Source of the DNA: Octopus bimaculoides
Taxonomy: Eukaryota
Assembly: GCF_001194135.2 (NCBI RefSeq)
Contig: NC_068983.1
Span: forward strand, 22,172,363-22,236,362
Length of the DNA: 64,000 nt
Direction: 5' to 3'
The position numbers and the translations under genes are program-made. Numbering within the stretch: position 1 is the stretch's first letter; each line of letters starts with the position of its first letter. The notes under the pieces are model-generated. The model had not been told where the DNA came from. It did not search any database and saw nothing but the letters and a program-made list of their open reading frames with translations. This document shows, piece after piece, positions 52,613 to 64,000 of this stretch.

Positions 52613-55284
52613 GACATAAAAACATTAATACAGTCATACATATCTTTCGACTTTTTCTATCCTAAAAGATTATTTAACTCAATATTTATATGTTGTAATT
52701 TATAGCTTCATCTACTTCGAGTTCTACACTTAAAAATGATTTCATATACACATACAAAACAGAAAGAAATTTAAAATACTAGGTCAGCACCTTAAAGATA
52801 TTGCATATAAGAAAACGTATCATTTCTGGAGCAACTTCTACAAAGAGGTTTGATCTGCTGGAAATAGCAGTAAAATTTCGTTAGCAATCACACCGTTTTT
52901 TTGTTTTTTTTTTAAGTAATGATACCTTGAATAATGTGATCTTCGATACATTATGCATGCAGGATAAGGCGAGATATCCCAAATGGATGTTTTTGGTCAT
53001 ACGATCAATGCGCTGCAACCTTGCGGTACACTTTTATTCTTTTCAAAAATCGGCGGCACACCTGAACTAAAAATATAGCTAAAAGTATAGCGAAAAAAAC
53101 TATATTCAGGTTACACTGCGGCACACCAGTATGTCACGGCATACCGAACTCTGTCATAGATCTATTTGTTCAGAGCTGAACTGACTGTTAAATAATAGCC
53201 TCGGAATTCCGGATTAAGTACCCCTGCCCCAAACATTTAAGAGGATTGCCTGTCCACCAATATAAATTTTTTTTTTTTTTTTTTTTTTGTTTCTTAATGT
53301 GAGAAACGAACAAATGTGTAAAAGAACGCGTCCTCAAGATATACTTGTGTTGCATATAAAACCTGTATTACTGACAGTGTCTTCTGCTAGAATTACACCG
53401 GGCCGGGTCAAATGATATCCTATGTAAATTTGGTAGAAGGAAACTTCTGAAAGCACGTCGTATGTGTGTCTTTATTTACCTATTGTCCGCCGTCCGTTGC
53501 TTGACAACCGGTGTTGCTCTGTTTACGTTCACTAATGTAGAGGCTCGACAAAAAGAAAGCGATGGAATAAGTACTAGACTTTTAAAAAAATCTACGGGGA
53601 TCGATTTTATCGACTCTTTAAAACCTCCAAAAAGGTGCCCTAGCATGGCCAGTCCAATGACTGAAACTAAAAAAAAAAAAGAGTTAGTGTGTATGTATGT
53701 GTTTGTGCGCGCATTTTTCTGTTACTTTAAACTTTAATAAAAGTTATGAGAAGCAGCAAACACTACCTTCTTTATAAAACACACAAGCACATATTTATGT
53801 ATTTTGAAAGAATACAAACGAAATTGAGAAAATAACTGTTTTCATTTTGCTTACTACAGAGATTTACTTCTGTTTGTGATACATGTTTTTCTTGTCCGCC
53901 CCGCCGGCCCGACGCTTCTTTTCTTTCAAGTTCCATAAATACACACACACAGAGAAAGAATGAAGTTAATGGTTTATCGTACAAACATAAAACACAACAA
54001 AACAGATTAATGAACTTAAAATACGTTGAGAATGTTTCTTCTTAATAGATTTACAACAGTGTTCTCTCCCTCTCTCCATAAGTTGATATTAAGTTTCGAT
54101 TGAAGACAACTTAATTAGCGTTAAATTAAACATTCATTTTATAAGAGCTATCTAATTAGCTCTCTCCTACACACACACACACACACACATACATACATAC
54201 ACACTGTATGTATACACACACCACGTGTACATGCCTGAGAGGGAGAGAAGTTTCTGTTTACACATATTAACCACTTCCCTAATACTATTAACCGTGTGTG
54301 CGTGTGTATGTTAGTTTAACAGTCAAACGCTCGATCAATCTCCTATCACAGTTCGCTATCTTAACTATATCGATAGCTAGGGAACATGAATGTGTCAAAA
54401 TATATATATGGAAGAATTATACATCAATAATTCTATAATACCAGCCCGGTTCCCAACCAATCTACGTCTGGCCATTTTCTTGTCCTGACCATCGATCTGC
54501 TTAGTTAACCGCTATACACAGCAAGATTAAGCAACGTGCTATAAAGAAGACCCTTGATGTTAGTGAACGCATAAACGGTTTTTATTTGTTTGTTGGTTTG
54601 CATACTTCCCTCCCCCCTTTCTTTCTTTCTTTCTAACTTACATAAAATACACATAACTTTTTCCAGAAGCCACGTGTTTCATTCGAATTATTTCTACCAG
54701 AAATATTAACAAAATAACAGTGTTTCCCACATAGACATTTAGGTTTATCTATCACTCTTTGCAAGGAAGTTGTCCACCTAATGGTGACTGTCGCTCTAAT
54801 TAGATGTTTAACGTTAGATTAAATGATTGTACACATCACTAATCACACGTGGTATATAATTATGGACCAGAATCTACTTCCAACTGGCAGACAAAGGAGA
54901 TCAGGACGACTGACAAACTGTGGTCAGAAATTGAACCGTATTGATTTGGAACGTTACTTTTATTCCTGGCGGCTAACTGGACTGTCGAGAAATACAACGA
55001 AACATCAGTAGCAAAATTAACATACGGACGGAAAGTCCAATACTTTTATTATTAGGAACATGTCTTTCTTAAATATATAACGTGAATGAGGTATACTTAA
55101 ATGACATTGAGGGGTAAATCTATATTGCTGACAACGGATTTCAGTTTGGAAACTCACAGCCAAGAATTAAACAAAATCTTGAGAATGGGGGAAATGGTAA
55201 CATTCAATGCTTTAACCATCAAGAATCAATATACAACAAAAACATTTATCTATGTATACCTAAAATATGTTGTGTGTATGTGTA

Positions 55285-55670
55285 GGTGCAGTTGTGGCTG
55301 TATGGTAAGAAGATTACTTCTAAACCGCATGGTTTCAGGTTCAGTTCCACTGTGTGGTACATTGGGCAAGTGTCTCCTACTATAACCTAGGGCTGACTGG
55401 AGTTTTGTGAGTGAATTTGGTAGACGGAAACTGAAAAGAAACCTGTTGTGTGTTTGTGTTAATCACTCACCACCACCTGACAACCGGTATTGGTGTGTAT
55501 ATATCTCTGTAACTTAGCAGTTCAGTAAATAAAACCAATAGATTAAGTATCAGGCTTAAGAAAAAAAAAGTACTGGAGGTCAATTCATTTGTCTAAAAAA
55601 AATATTTGAAGGAGTTGCCCTAGCATGGCCACAGTATAATGCCTGAAACAAGTAAAAGGCAAAAGAAAAG
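55285..55670 (+). mobile_element. Family A SINE, CpG-decayed
   Basis: Collinear with 13085-13506, with many CG to TG/CA changes. Confidence 0.75.
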
Positions 55671-56387
55671 ATATATATTTATTTCGTTTTGGTATTTGCT
55701 TTGCAAGATTCTTTGTGTGGGTTTGTGTGTTGAAGCATATTCTGTTATATCTGAAGAGAGTAATTTTCTTTTTTGTGCCTTATAATTTAACACACTCACC
55801 GGTAAAATATCTCAATCTTTCTCACAGAACCCCTAGGAAACCAGGTTGAGAAATGCTGCTTCAGAGTGTGCTTTTTTTTTTCAGATATATGGATACATTG
55901 ACAATACACATGCACACATGTATGTGTAGTATGGCCAAATAGTTAATAAGCTAGCTCCCAACAAGTTCTAAGACTCAACTTTGTAATACAAGTTAGGTGT
56001 GTGCAGGATAGCTAAAATCTAAAACAGGTATACGTGGGTGTAGTATCTGTACATAGCTGTAACACGTATATGTGCAGTTGCATTAAGAAATACACACATA
56101 TATAGAGGTGACAATGTTTGTTATTCCAATCCTTATAGGAAAATTCACATAACCATATTGAAAATTCTTCAGTTCTTTTCCCCTCATTCATTTGTTCACT
56201 CACATTCACTAACTCACATTATCATTTGTTGCAAGGGTTAAATGGTTTATCTTAATTAATTTATGTTATTATCCCAAACAATTAAACATTAAGAAAGCTA
56301 GTCACTGCCACAGCCAACAACTAAAGCAGACTTGTTTCCCAAATTAGCTTAACTTGACCCTGAAAATTAGGGACATAACTAAAAGTT

Positions 56388-56461
<74 letters not shown>

Positions 56462-57469
56462 CTCTCTCTCTCAATCTCTCTCTCGTGACAAATAAAAGCT
56501 GACAAAAGATCTTCTTAGGAGATTACATCTTGATCCTTTTTTCATTGATGGAATTCATGAATAAATTAAAATCCATTAGCAAGTGACGAGAAATTGTTTG
56601 TACATTATTAACTAATCGCTGAATGCAGAGTCACTACCAGTGTCACTATATTAGTTATAGGGTTTTTTTTTAATTATTATTTTTCGCCTTTTTTTTTTTT
56701 TTTTTTAAACCATGAAATGGCTGTAGAGAACAGCTGAAGGGCAGCTTGGATGGCTGTTCAAATCTCACAGGAATTTTTGTCTTTGCATTTCTGTGATGCC
56801 GACAGCATAAGCACAAAAAATGTATTAAGGTGGTAACTGGTTCCAAGGCCAGCAGTTGTGCTCTGTTATCTATATTGTGTTGGTCCACCTCCTCAGGGTG
56901 AGACATTCAATGTTGTAAACAATACCAGTACTGTTGAACTAATGGCAGAGCTTTTAAGCTGTTACTTGGCTCACTGAAAATTTCCTATTTTTATTTTGTG
57001 TGCATGTAGAGAGAGAGAAGGGGAGTCGGGAATAATATATAAGATCAATATTGAACTGCTAAGATATACTTTTTTTTTTTCAAATTTATAAATTGCTTTT
57101 GCTTTAAGTTATTTTATATTTCTGCAAATTACCTAGGCCATGTGTTTTATGCTTTGTATATGTCTAGGTCTCTTGGCTGCTGAAGATGGGATAAAACAAT
57201 TGCTGTGATGATGATGCCTATTGAGGCAGAAGCATGTATCCACAACTGTCCTCTTGGCTCCAGGCAAGCCAGTTCTTTCCTTCATGAGATTGTCTCCCCT
57301 TCACATATAGAGCCAAGCATAATTGTCAGCTGCCTCTAGTGGACATGGATTATTTAAATAAATCAAGAATTTGTTGTATGGTATTTCATATACCTGTATT
57401 TACCTATGTGGTTCATATACATGCCACCGGCTACTTAGTTATTTTTCTTAGCTTATTTTTTGTTTAAGA

Positions 57470-57524
<55 letters not shown>

Positions 57525-58251
57525 GCACAGCATCTGCATCTCCGATAGTTAAAAGAAGTTCAGCCTGCAACCAAGGCTTCATCTTACTGTGTGATGTCGT
57601 GGGCAAGTGTCTCCTGCCTTGTGAGTGCAATCTGTTGGGCAGAAATACTGAAAGGTGTGTTTGTGTGTCAGCCCATATTCTAGGGTCACATCAAATAAAA
57701 GTGTTGTTTATGCTGTGCACTTTTACATGCAATACTTAGCAGCTTGACAAATAGAGGTTAATAAAATAAGCACTTGACTAAAATAATTTACTGGGGTCAA
57801 TGATGATCACATAAAAAATTTTTTTTTTTAAACCATAATCCTCTAGTATTAAAATCTTTAAGTTTGATCATTAAACAAGATTCAGTATGAATTAAATATG
57901 AAGAAGGAAAATGAAAGAAAACTAATAAAAAGCATTTCTGAAAACTGAAATTTTCATCACATCAACTTTTGTACTGGGTTTATTTTCTTCTTTACCATTT
58001 AACCACTAAGTAGCAAGCAACGAACAAATAAAATCAATAGTAAAACAGGAAAAAAAAAAAAAAATTCAAAATAACTTCTTGTCTTTAAAATGGAAAGAAT
58101 ACAAGCATTTATACATACAGACAGCATACATACATGCAGATACACACATTTCCACCACCACCACCATCACTTTTCTATAATAAAAGTTTATTTTTAGCAT
58201 ATGGTAAAGAATTTTGTTGTCTCTCATTCTCCTTCAAATTACAAGATGATG

Positions 58252-58298
<47 letters not shown>

Positions 58299-58425
58299 GC
58301 TGGACTCTCGTGTCGGAGTGTTCAGCATTTGCTGAATAACCTTCACAAATGTTTATAGTGATCAAATGACCTTGTTAGCTCACTCTCTTCATCAAATCAA
58401 TGTTGAGCGAACAGATGCACTGACA

Positions 58426-58806
58426 GAGGCATAGTGGCTGAGTTCCTTCCAAGCGAGCCTCACAGAGGTGGGGTGAATGAGTTCCTTTCAAGCGTTGGAC
58501 CTCATGGAGGCACAGTGGCTGAGCTCCTTTTGAGTGTAGGGCCTCATGGAGGCAATGACCAAGACCTTTGGCATTATGTTGTGCTTGAGAAGACACATCA
58601 AGCCAAGCAAAATCGCAGTCATGGCAGATACCGGTGTCATGCCAGTGGCACATAAAAGCACCCATTACACTCTCAGAGTGGGTGGCATTAGGAAGGGCAT
58701 CCAGCTGTAGCAAACCATGCCAAATCAGACTGGAGCTTGGTGTGCCAGCCCGGTCAAACCGTCCAACCCATGCCAGCATGGACAATGGAAGCTAAATGAA
58801 GATGAT
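58426..58806 (+). mobile_element. RTE-type LINE 3' region with three ~42-bp tandem units
   Basis: GAGGC..AGTGGCTGAG.TCCTT...CCTCATG units at 58426-58550, followed by the RTE 3' UTR motif. Confidence 0.7.
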
Positions 58807-60052
58807 TTGGTACCGTGATATATTGTTACACACACACACACACATCATCATCATCACTGATGATACAACAATTCCCAAGCATGACTGACTGAGACTAGGG
58901 AGCCATATTCACAACTGATAGAAGTCAAGAGGCTGAATTAGATGCTAAAATTGCAGGTGCTGGTACAGTAATGTACAATCTCCAGTGTTCAATCCTCAGG
59001 AGATGTTGGCAGAAAAACCAAACTCACTCTCTACAAATCAATATCCATGCCGATCCTTACCTATTGCCGTAAATATTGGGTTCAAATTTTGTTAGGATCA
59101 ATTTTTTCCCTTTCATCTTTCAGATGTTGATAAAATAAAGGAGCAGTCAAGTACTGGGAGTGATCTAATTGATTATGCATCTCCAAATTAGCTTTGTGCC
59201 AATGTAAGAAATTATCATTATTAATTACTAATTAAGCAGTAGTAATTATAAATAATTTGACTAAATAACTTTCAAAGTTTTGTTTTTCTATATTTTCAGT
59301 TCAAAACAAAAGGAGGTCAACTTTATCTTCCATCTTTCTGAATTTGTAGCTGATTAACACCAGGTTAACAGAGTAGGCTCATGATCAAAAAAGCCTTCCA
59401 ACCATGACTGATTCATCTTTTATTCAGACAATATAGCCATGACCATACTATTCAATGTATCTCTTTTAAGATGCTTGAGTATTCCTTTGAAGATGTTTAA
59501 CTTATTTCTAACATAAAAATTACCTTATAGAAGTCTCCTTTTCCTGCTGGAGTTCATTAAAAAAGCAGCACTCATGTAGCTCATTAATCAATTCTAGCTA
59601 GTTGTTAAGCAGTGGGGTGGGATAAGCAAACACACACACACGACAAGCTTCCACACAGTTTCCATCTACCAAGTTCACTCACACAGTATTGATCAACCTG
59701 GAGCTTTAATAAAAGGCATGTGCCTAACGTGCCAGACAATAGGACCAAGCCTGAAACTACACAGTCGCAAAGCAAGCTTCTTAACTACACAGCTAAGCCT
59801 GTATTTATAAGCCATGGATTTTTTTCATCTGTTTGTTTTTTTAAGTGTGCAAGTTTAAGTTGCCGACCATCTCAACCAATAAATATGAAAACTCAACCCC
59901 TCAACCAACTAGGGTAAAAAAAAACAAAAACAGAAAAACAAGGCCATTCTAATGAACATAAGAGTTTCAGTGTTCTTCAAGGAAGGAAAGGCAAGGAACA
60001 AGACAATTTGCGATGTAAGAAATTAGAACATGAAAAAAAAAAAAAGACTTAC

Positions 60053-60204
60053 TATTGATTACTATTGGAGTTTGTTTGAGCTGTCTGATTACCGGCCAGC
60101 ATCTGTAATTGATGGTAAGGGTGGTATGGCGTTTTACGTAGGGCCTGGAGCAGGTTGGGTCGATAATCAGGATCAATGCACCAGAGAGAACCCTTGCCAA
60201 TACT
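60053..60204 (-). CDS. FoxN2/3: FoxN2/3 forkhead transcription factor, internal exon (end of forkhead domain)
   Basis: TTTTCAG acceptor and GTAAGT donor; [32 protein letters not shown] closely matches FOXN3 [29 protein letters not shown]. The 3' boundary could instead be one of two weaker upstream GTAATC donors. Confidence 0.92.
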
Positions 60205-60522
60205 CTGAAAAGGAAAGAGAACAGAAACTATTTAATAACAGTAAATCTGTAGTAATAATTGGTTAAGATATTTATCAAACAGCTGTTGTTGCTGTTGGTG
60301 GTGCTGCTGTTTATCTAAGGCCAGGATCAATGGGATTGGAACCATTATCATCCCATGTTTCATGCAGTCTTGTATCAAAGGGTATATTATTCATTTTTAA
60401 AGGTATTTACATCCCTGTATCTTAGCAGTTTGGCAAAAGAGACCAATAGAATAAGTATCATGCCTTAAAAAAAAATCCCTTAAGGCAGTGCCCCAGCATG
60501 GCCAGTCTAATGACTCAAACAA

Positions 60523-60572
<50 letters not shown>

Positions 60573-60642
60573 CACAAATTAAATTTCAGAAAATGGAGAA
60601 GCAACATTAATATAATTTAGTAACTGGAAAAATTCAACATGT

Positions 60643-60730
60643 TCACTTACAGCTGTTTCGATTTTGCCCAAAAGAATTAAATTCCAGCAATTAAAACATT
60701 TTATTGGGCAAAATCTCATCACAGGAGTAA
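60643..60730 (-). ncRNA. Decayed hammerhead-like motif
   Basis: CUGUGAUGA, perfect 12-bp stem II (GAUUUUGCCCAA/UUGGGCAAAAUC), then GAAAC AGCU GUA; 5' core and stem I imperfect. Confidence 0.55.
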
Positions 60731-60987
60731 AGAAGATATCATTAGGTTATTACATGTTATTCTTCCAAAGCATCTCAACAGACTCCCATGCTCACAGTTT
60801 ATAAATTATATTAATGCCACTTCTCCATTTTCTGGATTTTTTAATTTGAACGTTTATAAAGCAAGATTTATATTTAAACTTATTATTTTAGAAATATTAC
60901 TATTCACAACAAAATAATAGGTAACAAACCAGTAATTCATTGGATATTTTCTATCCCTTAAGGTCGTTCATATATATATATATATAT

Positions 60988-61130
60988 AAAATTATAATAC
61001 AGGGTATCTAAGAGATACTGCCACGCTGAAAAATAGCAGTCAAATCTTGACTCTAAACCACTTAGAGTCAAGATTTGACTGCTATTTTTCAGCATGGCGG
61101 TATCTCTTAGATACCCTGTATTATAATTTT
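60988..61130. repeat. Near-perfect 143-bp palindrome with Tc1/mariner-like core
   Basis: 69-bp arms with 2 differences and an ACCAC loop; core TA-CAGGGT...ACCCTG-TA spans 61000-61118. Confidence 0.85.
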
Positions 61131-62158
61131 AAATAATTATTACCTTTNNNNNNNNNNATATAGCAGCATTTTATAATGGATTGGTGTTTATCAGATTAGC
61201 AAAAATGTAGAATCTCAGTAATTATCTGACCCATTAATGATAGGTTAGTCAACTCCCTGGAAACCAAATCTCAGTCAGTAAATAATGGGGTTCTCAAAAT
61301 CAGAGACATGCATTTGAAGTTGGAATTCTTAAAAACAGCATGTTCTCTCATTAAACAAGATAGAAACAGAGAGAAGAGAAAGTTATGTCTGGCAGAAATG
61401 TCAAGTAAATGCTATATTGGATGAGGTCCTTTTGTTCTCAAAATGTGAAACAGGTGAGCTGACAGGGAGGACTTATACTTACTCAACAACAACAAAACCA
61501 CAGTGGGTAACATTACACATTTTTCACCATTTATAAAACCAATGGACGCTGAACATCATTGTCAAAAAATGTTTAATATAGAATATTATTCCATGTTCAA
61601 CATGAAACTAAATAAATTATTCAACATTTTGCAAAAGAAAAAACAAATTAATAATATAGATTTACAAAAGCAACAACAAAATATAAATGAATGAATAAAG
61701 TTAATCAAATATCCCTACAAGATTTTAGAAAAATTTAATAAATATTAAATTTCTGCATGGACTGCAATATAGGATCAAATGCTAGCATCACTGTCTTTGA
61801 ACAGATAATATTACTTTGGTTATAAAATAAATATAAACTTCACATCTATTTCTTTTTCTTTTACCATATTATTATGACCTGTTATTTCACTATCTATCTC
61901 CCACACATACGCATGTTTAACTGCATATTCATATGCGCACAAACACACAGAGGAATTATGATTGATGCTAAAGTATAGCAGGAAATGTAATACATGAAAG
62001 AATTTGTTACAAAGGTAGCCTGCAATATTTCAAGTAACAGCTTGAACAAAGTGGCAACATGCAATATCGCTCACAGTAGAGCAGTTAAGTGGAATTTGAT
62101 AATACACACACAACAAGCTGATGAAACTGAATCAAACTTATTACATTTTATTTATTTA

Positions 62159-62211
<53 letters not shown>

Positions 62212-62366
62212 ATAACGTCGACCACTAACGTGGACAATTAATGCGCTAGAAATAGATCACATCTTGTGTCTATTAAGACCTAAAAAGTTCTCAACATGAA
62301 ATATAGCAGCATACCAAAAACGTGAGCGGGCAAGACATTTAAAATCACCTAAAAAAAATCATTATT

Positions 62367-62431
62367 AAACAGGAACCAGGTTTCGGATTTAACAAATTCT
62401 TACCATTTGTCTATTCCTCATCAGCCTGATT
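62367..62431 (-). ncRNA. Type I hammerhead ribozyme candidate (Penelope-type minimal stem III)
   Basis: AAUCAGG CUGAUGA GGA..ACAAAU-loop-AUUUGU..UCC GAAA CCUG GUU CCUGUUU: intact core, G-C closing pair of stem II, stem I CAGG/CCUG, GUU cleavage triplet. Confidence 0.7.
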
Positions 62432-62593
62432 TGTAATGTAACAGCAATTATCAGAATCGTATACATAGTTGCCCACCGCCATAGTGCGCGTGCATATGGT
62501 TCTGCTAATTACAGCTTAATGGTAAAATTCAAAAGTCTTCGTTTTGGCGCGCTAATTCCAGGAATATATCAGCAGAAAATATTTACTGCGTCG

Positions 62594-62627
<34 letters not shown>

Positions 62628-63293
62628 TATGAGTGGTAGTGGTGTCAATTAGACCCAGAGGTTTCAGGTCATGTGGAGTAAGTGCTACGGATAGACCATA
62701 GTTAAGCTCCAGATTCGGGAATTATGTGAATAAGAGGTCCACTATCGTTCCTCCAGTTCACTCTCTATTTCCTATCTTATCTAAATTAACTTTTGCCTAA
62801 CCATCGACTCACACCGTCTCCGATCAAGGGAGATAATATCCTGGAAACAGCTGCAAGACCTTCTCTCTTTTACTCTTTACTCTTTTACTTGTTTCAGTCA
62901 TTTGACTGTGGCCATGCTGGAGCACAATAGTACTTTAAGGGACCCTGAAAAATTTTTTGCTTTAGACCTAGGTGTTGGTACGTATTGCAAGAAACAGCTA
63001 AGTTTCTCTCTGTAACATGTTACATAGTTCAACCTACACAAATTAATGAAAACATTAATAAATAACATTCTATATAACTAGTTTCTAAACATTGAATGGC
63101 TACAGGAGCCCACCAGAATAAAATAGTAACCAAATATACCCCTGGTATATAATTATGGTAATTCCTTGACTCAGAAATTCTACAACCAAAAAATTATTAT
63201 TTACTATATAAATGTAGGTGTGACCCCATGGTTGCCAAGTTTGATTTCAACTAACATGATTTCAAGGTTCAGTACCACAGTGTGGTACCTTGG

Positions 63294-63479
63294 TTAACCC
63301 CTTAGCATTCAGATTCCTCTGTCACACATAATGATTATTTATTCAGATTGTTTTGAATTAATCATGCTTTATTTTGCAGCTTTGAGATTTTGATGAGAGA
63401 ACTCAATTTTTAGTTTCAACATAAAACAGGTAGAATATTTTAGCCATGTCTATGGTCAGTTTAAATGCTAAAAGGTTAA
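63294..63479. mobile_element. piggyBac-type MITE inserted into a family A SINE head
   Basis: TTAA duplicated at 63294-63297 and 63476-63479; SINE sequence resumes on both sides. Confidence 0.8.
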
Positions 63480-63899
63480 ATATCTATTATAGCCCCAAGC
63501 TAACCAAGGCCTTGTGAGTAGATTTAGTAGGTGGAAAGTTTGTCATGTGTGTGTATTTATCCATTATTCATTTCATCATCAAATAAAGTTTTAGGTTTTG
63601 GTTAACAAAAGGTTGATTGTTAAATTTATTGACAATATTTTAAGTTTACAATTCAAAATTATCACCCTATGCCTTCACCATAGTCCTTAATCTTTTCTCA
63701 GCTAAAGCTTGAATAATGAGTAAATGTATAACACCATGCCTGGTGTGCACATGCACACACACTTTTTTCCTAGGTCAGGGGAAATATCACTTCACTTGGA
63801 AACAAGTAAGGGTTGGCAACAGTGAGTGCAAAGATCAAGACAGACATACAAAGACATGTTGTAAGCTGATCTGTGGGTGTTGATCCTTACAAAGGAGAT

Positions 63900-64000
63900 G
63901 ATAAATAAACACAAGTGGGAGAGGACCTGTCCAACCTAGCAAGCATGGAGAATTGTAAAATGATGATGGTGGTGGTGGTAGTGGTGGTGGTGGTGGTGGT
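63900..64000 (+). mobile_element. Degenerate RTE-like 3' end running into a (GGT)n tract
   Basis: GTCCAACCTAGCAAGCATGGAGAATTG.AAAATGATGATG resembles the RTE terminus. Confidence 0.5.

Larger units (their letters stand above)
48700..55150. promoter_or_regulatory. CpG-retaining island (putatively unmethylated)
   Basis: CG dinucleotides are frequent throughout this span, even in unique AT-rich DNA, but rare in most of 1-48 kb and 55.2-62.2 kb outside young repeats (visual assessment). Confidence 0.6.

Noticed and set aside
60030-60266. Plus-strand 78-aa ORF (also minus ORF 59967-60200)
   Set aside because: Antisense or off-frame shadows of the FoxN2/3 exon.

Overview
AT-rich, microsatellite-dense animal genomic DNA with many scaffold N-gaps. 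The repeat families and the FoxN exon point to a coleoid cephalopod, most likely Octopus (inference, not verified). Most of the window is repeat-filled non-coding sequence: three tRNA-headed SINE families, RTE-clade LINE fragments, piggyBac-, hAT- and Tc1/mariner-type MITEs, a deleted DD34D mariner and a Helentron-like element. Two coding features are well supported. One is a minus-strand FoxN2/3 exon (60053-60204) encoding the end of the forkhead domain. The other is a 481-aa single-exon orphan ORF on the plus strand (50392-51837) with a Trp-rich internal repeat, lying in a ~6.4 kb CpG-retaining island. The most notable unexplained signals are a nearly intact type I hammerhead ribozyme fold on the FoxN sense strand (62367-62431), several decayed hammerhead-like relatives, a pre-miRNA-like hairpin (29365-29435) and several long fold-back palindromes. 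All alignments, folds and CpG assessments were made by eye, and repeat boundaries are approximate.
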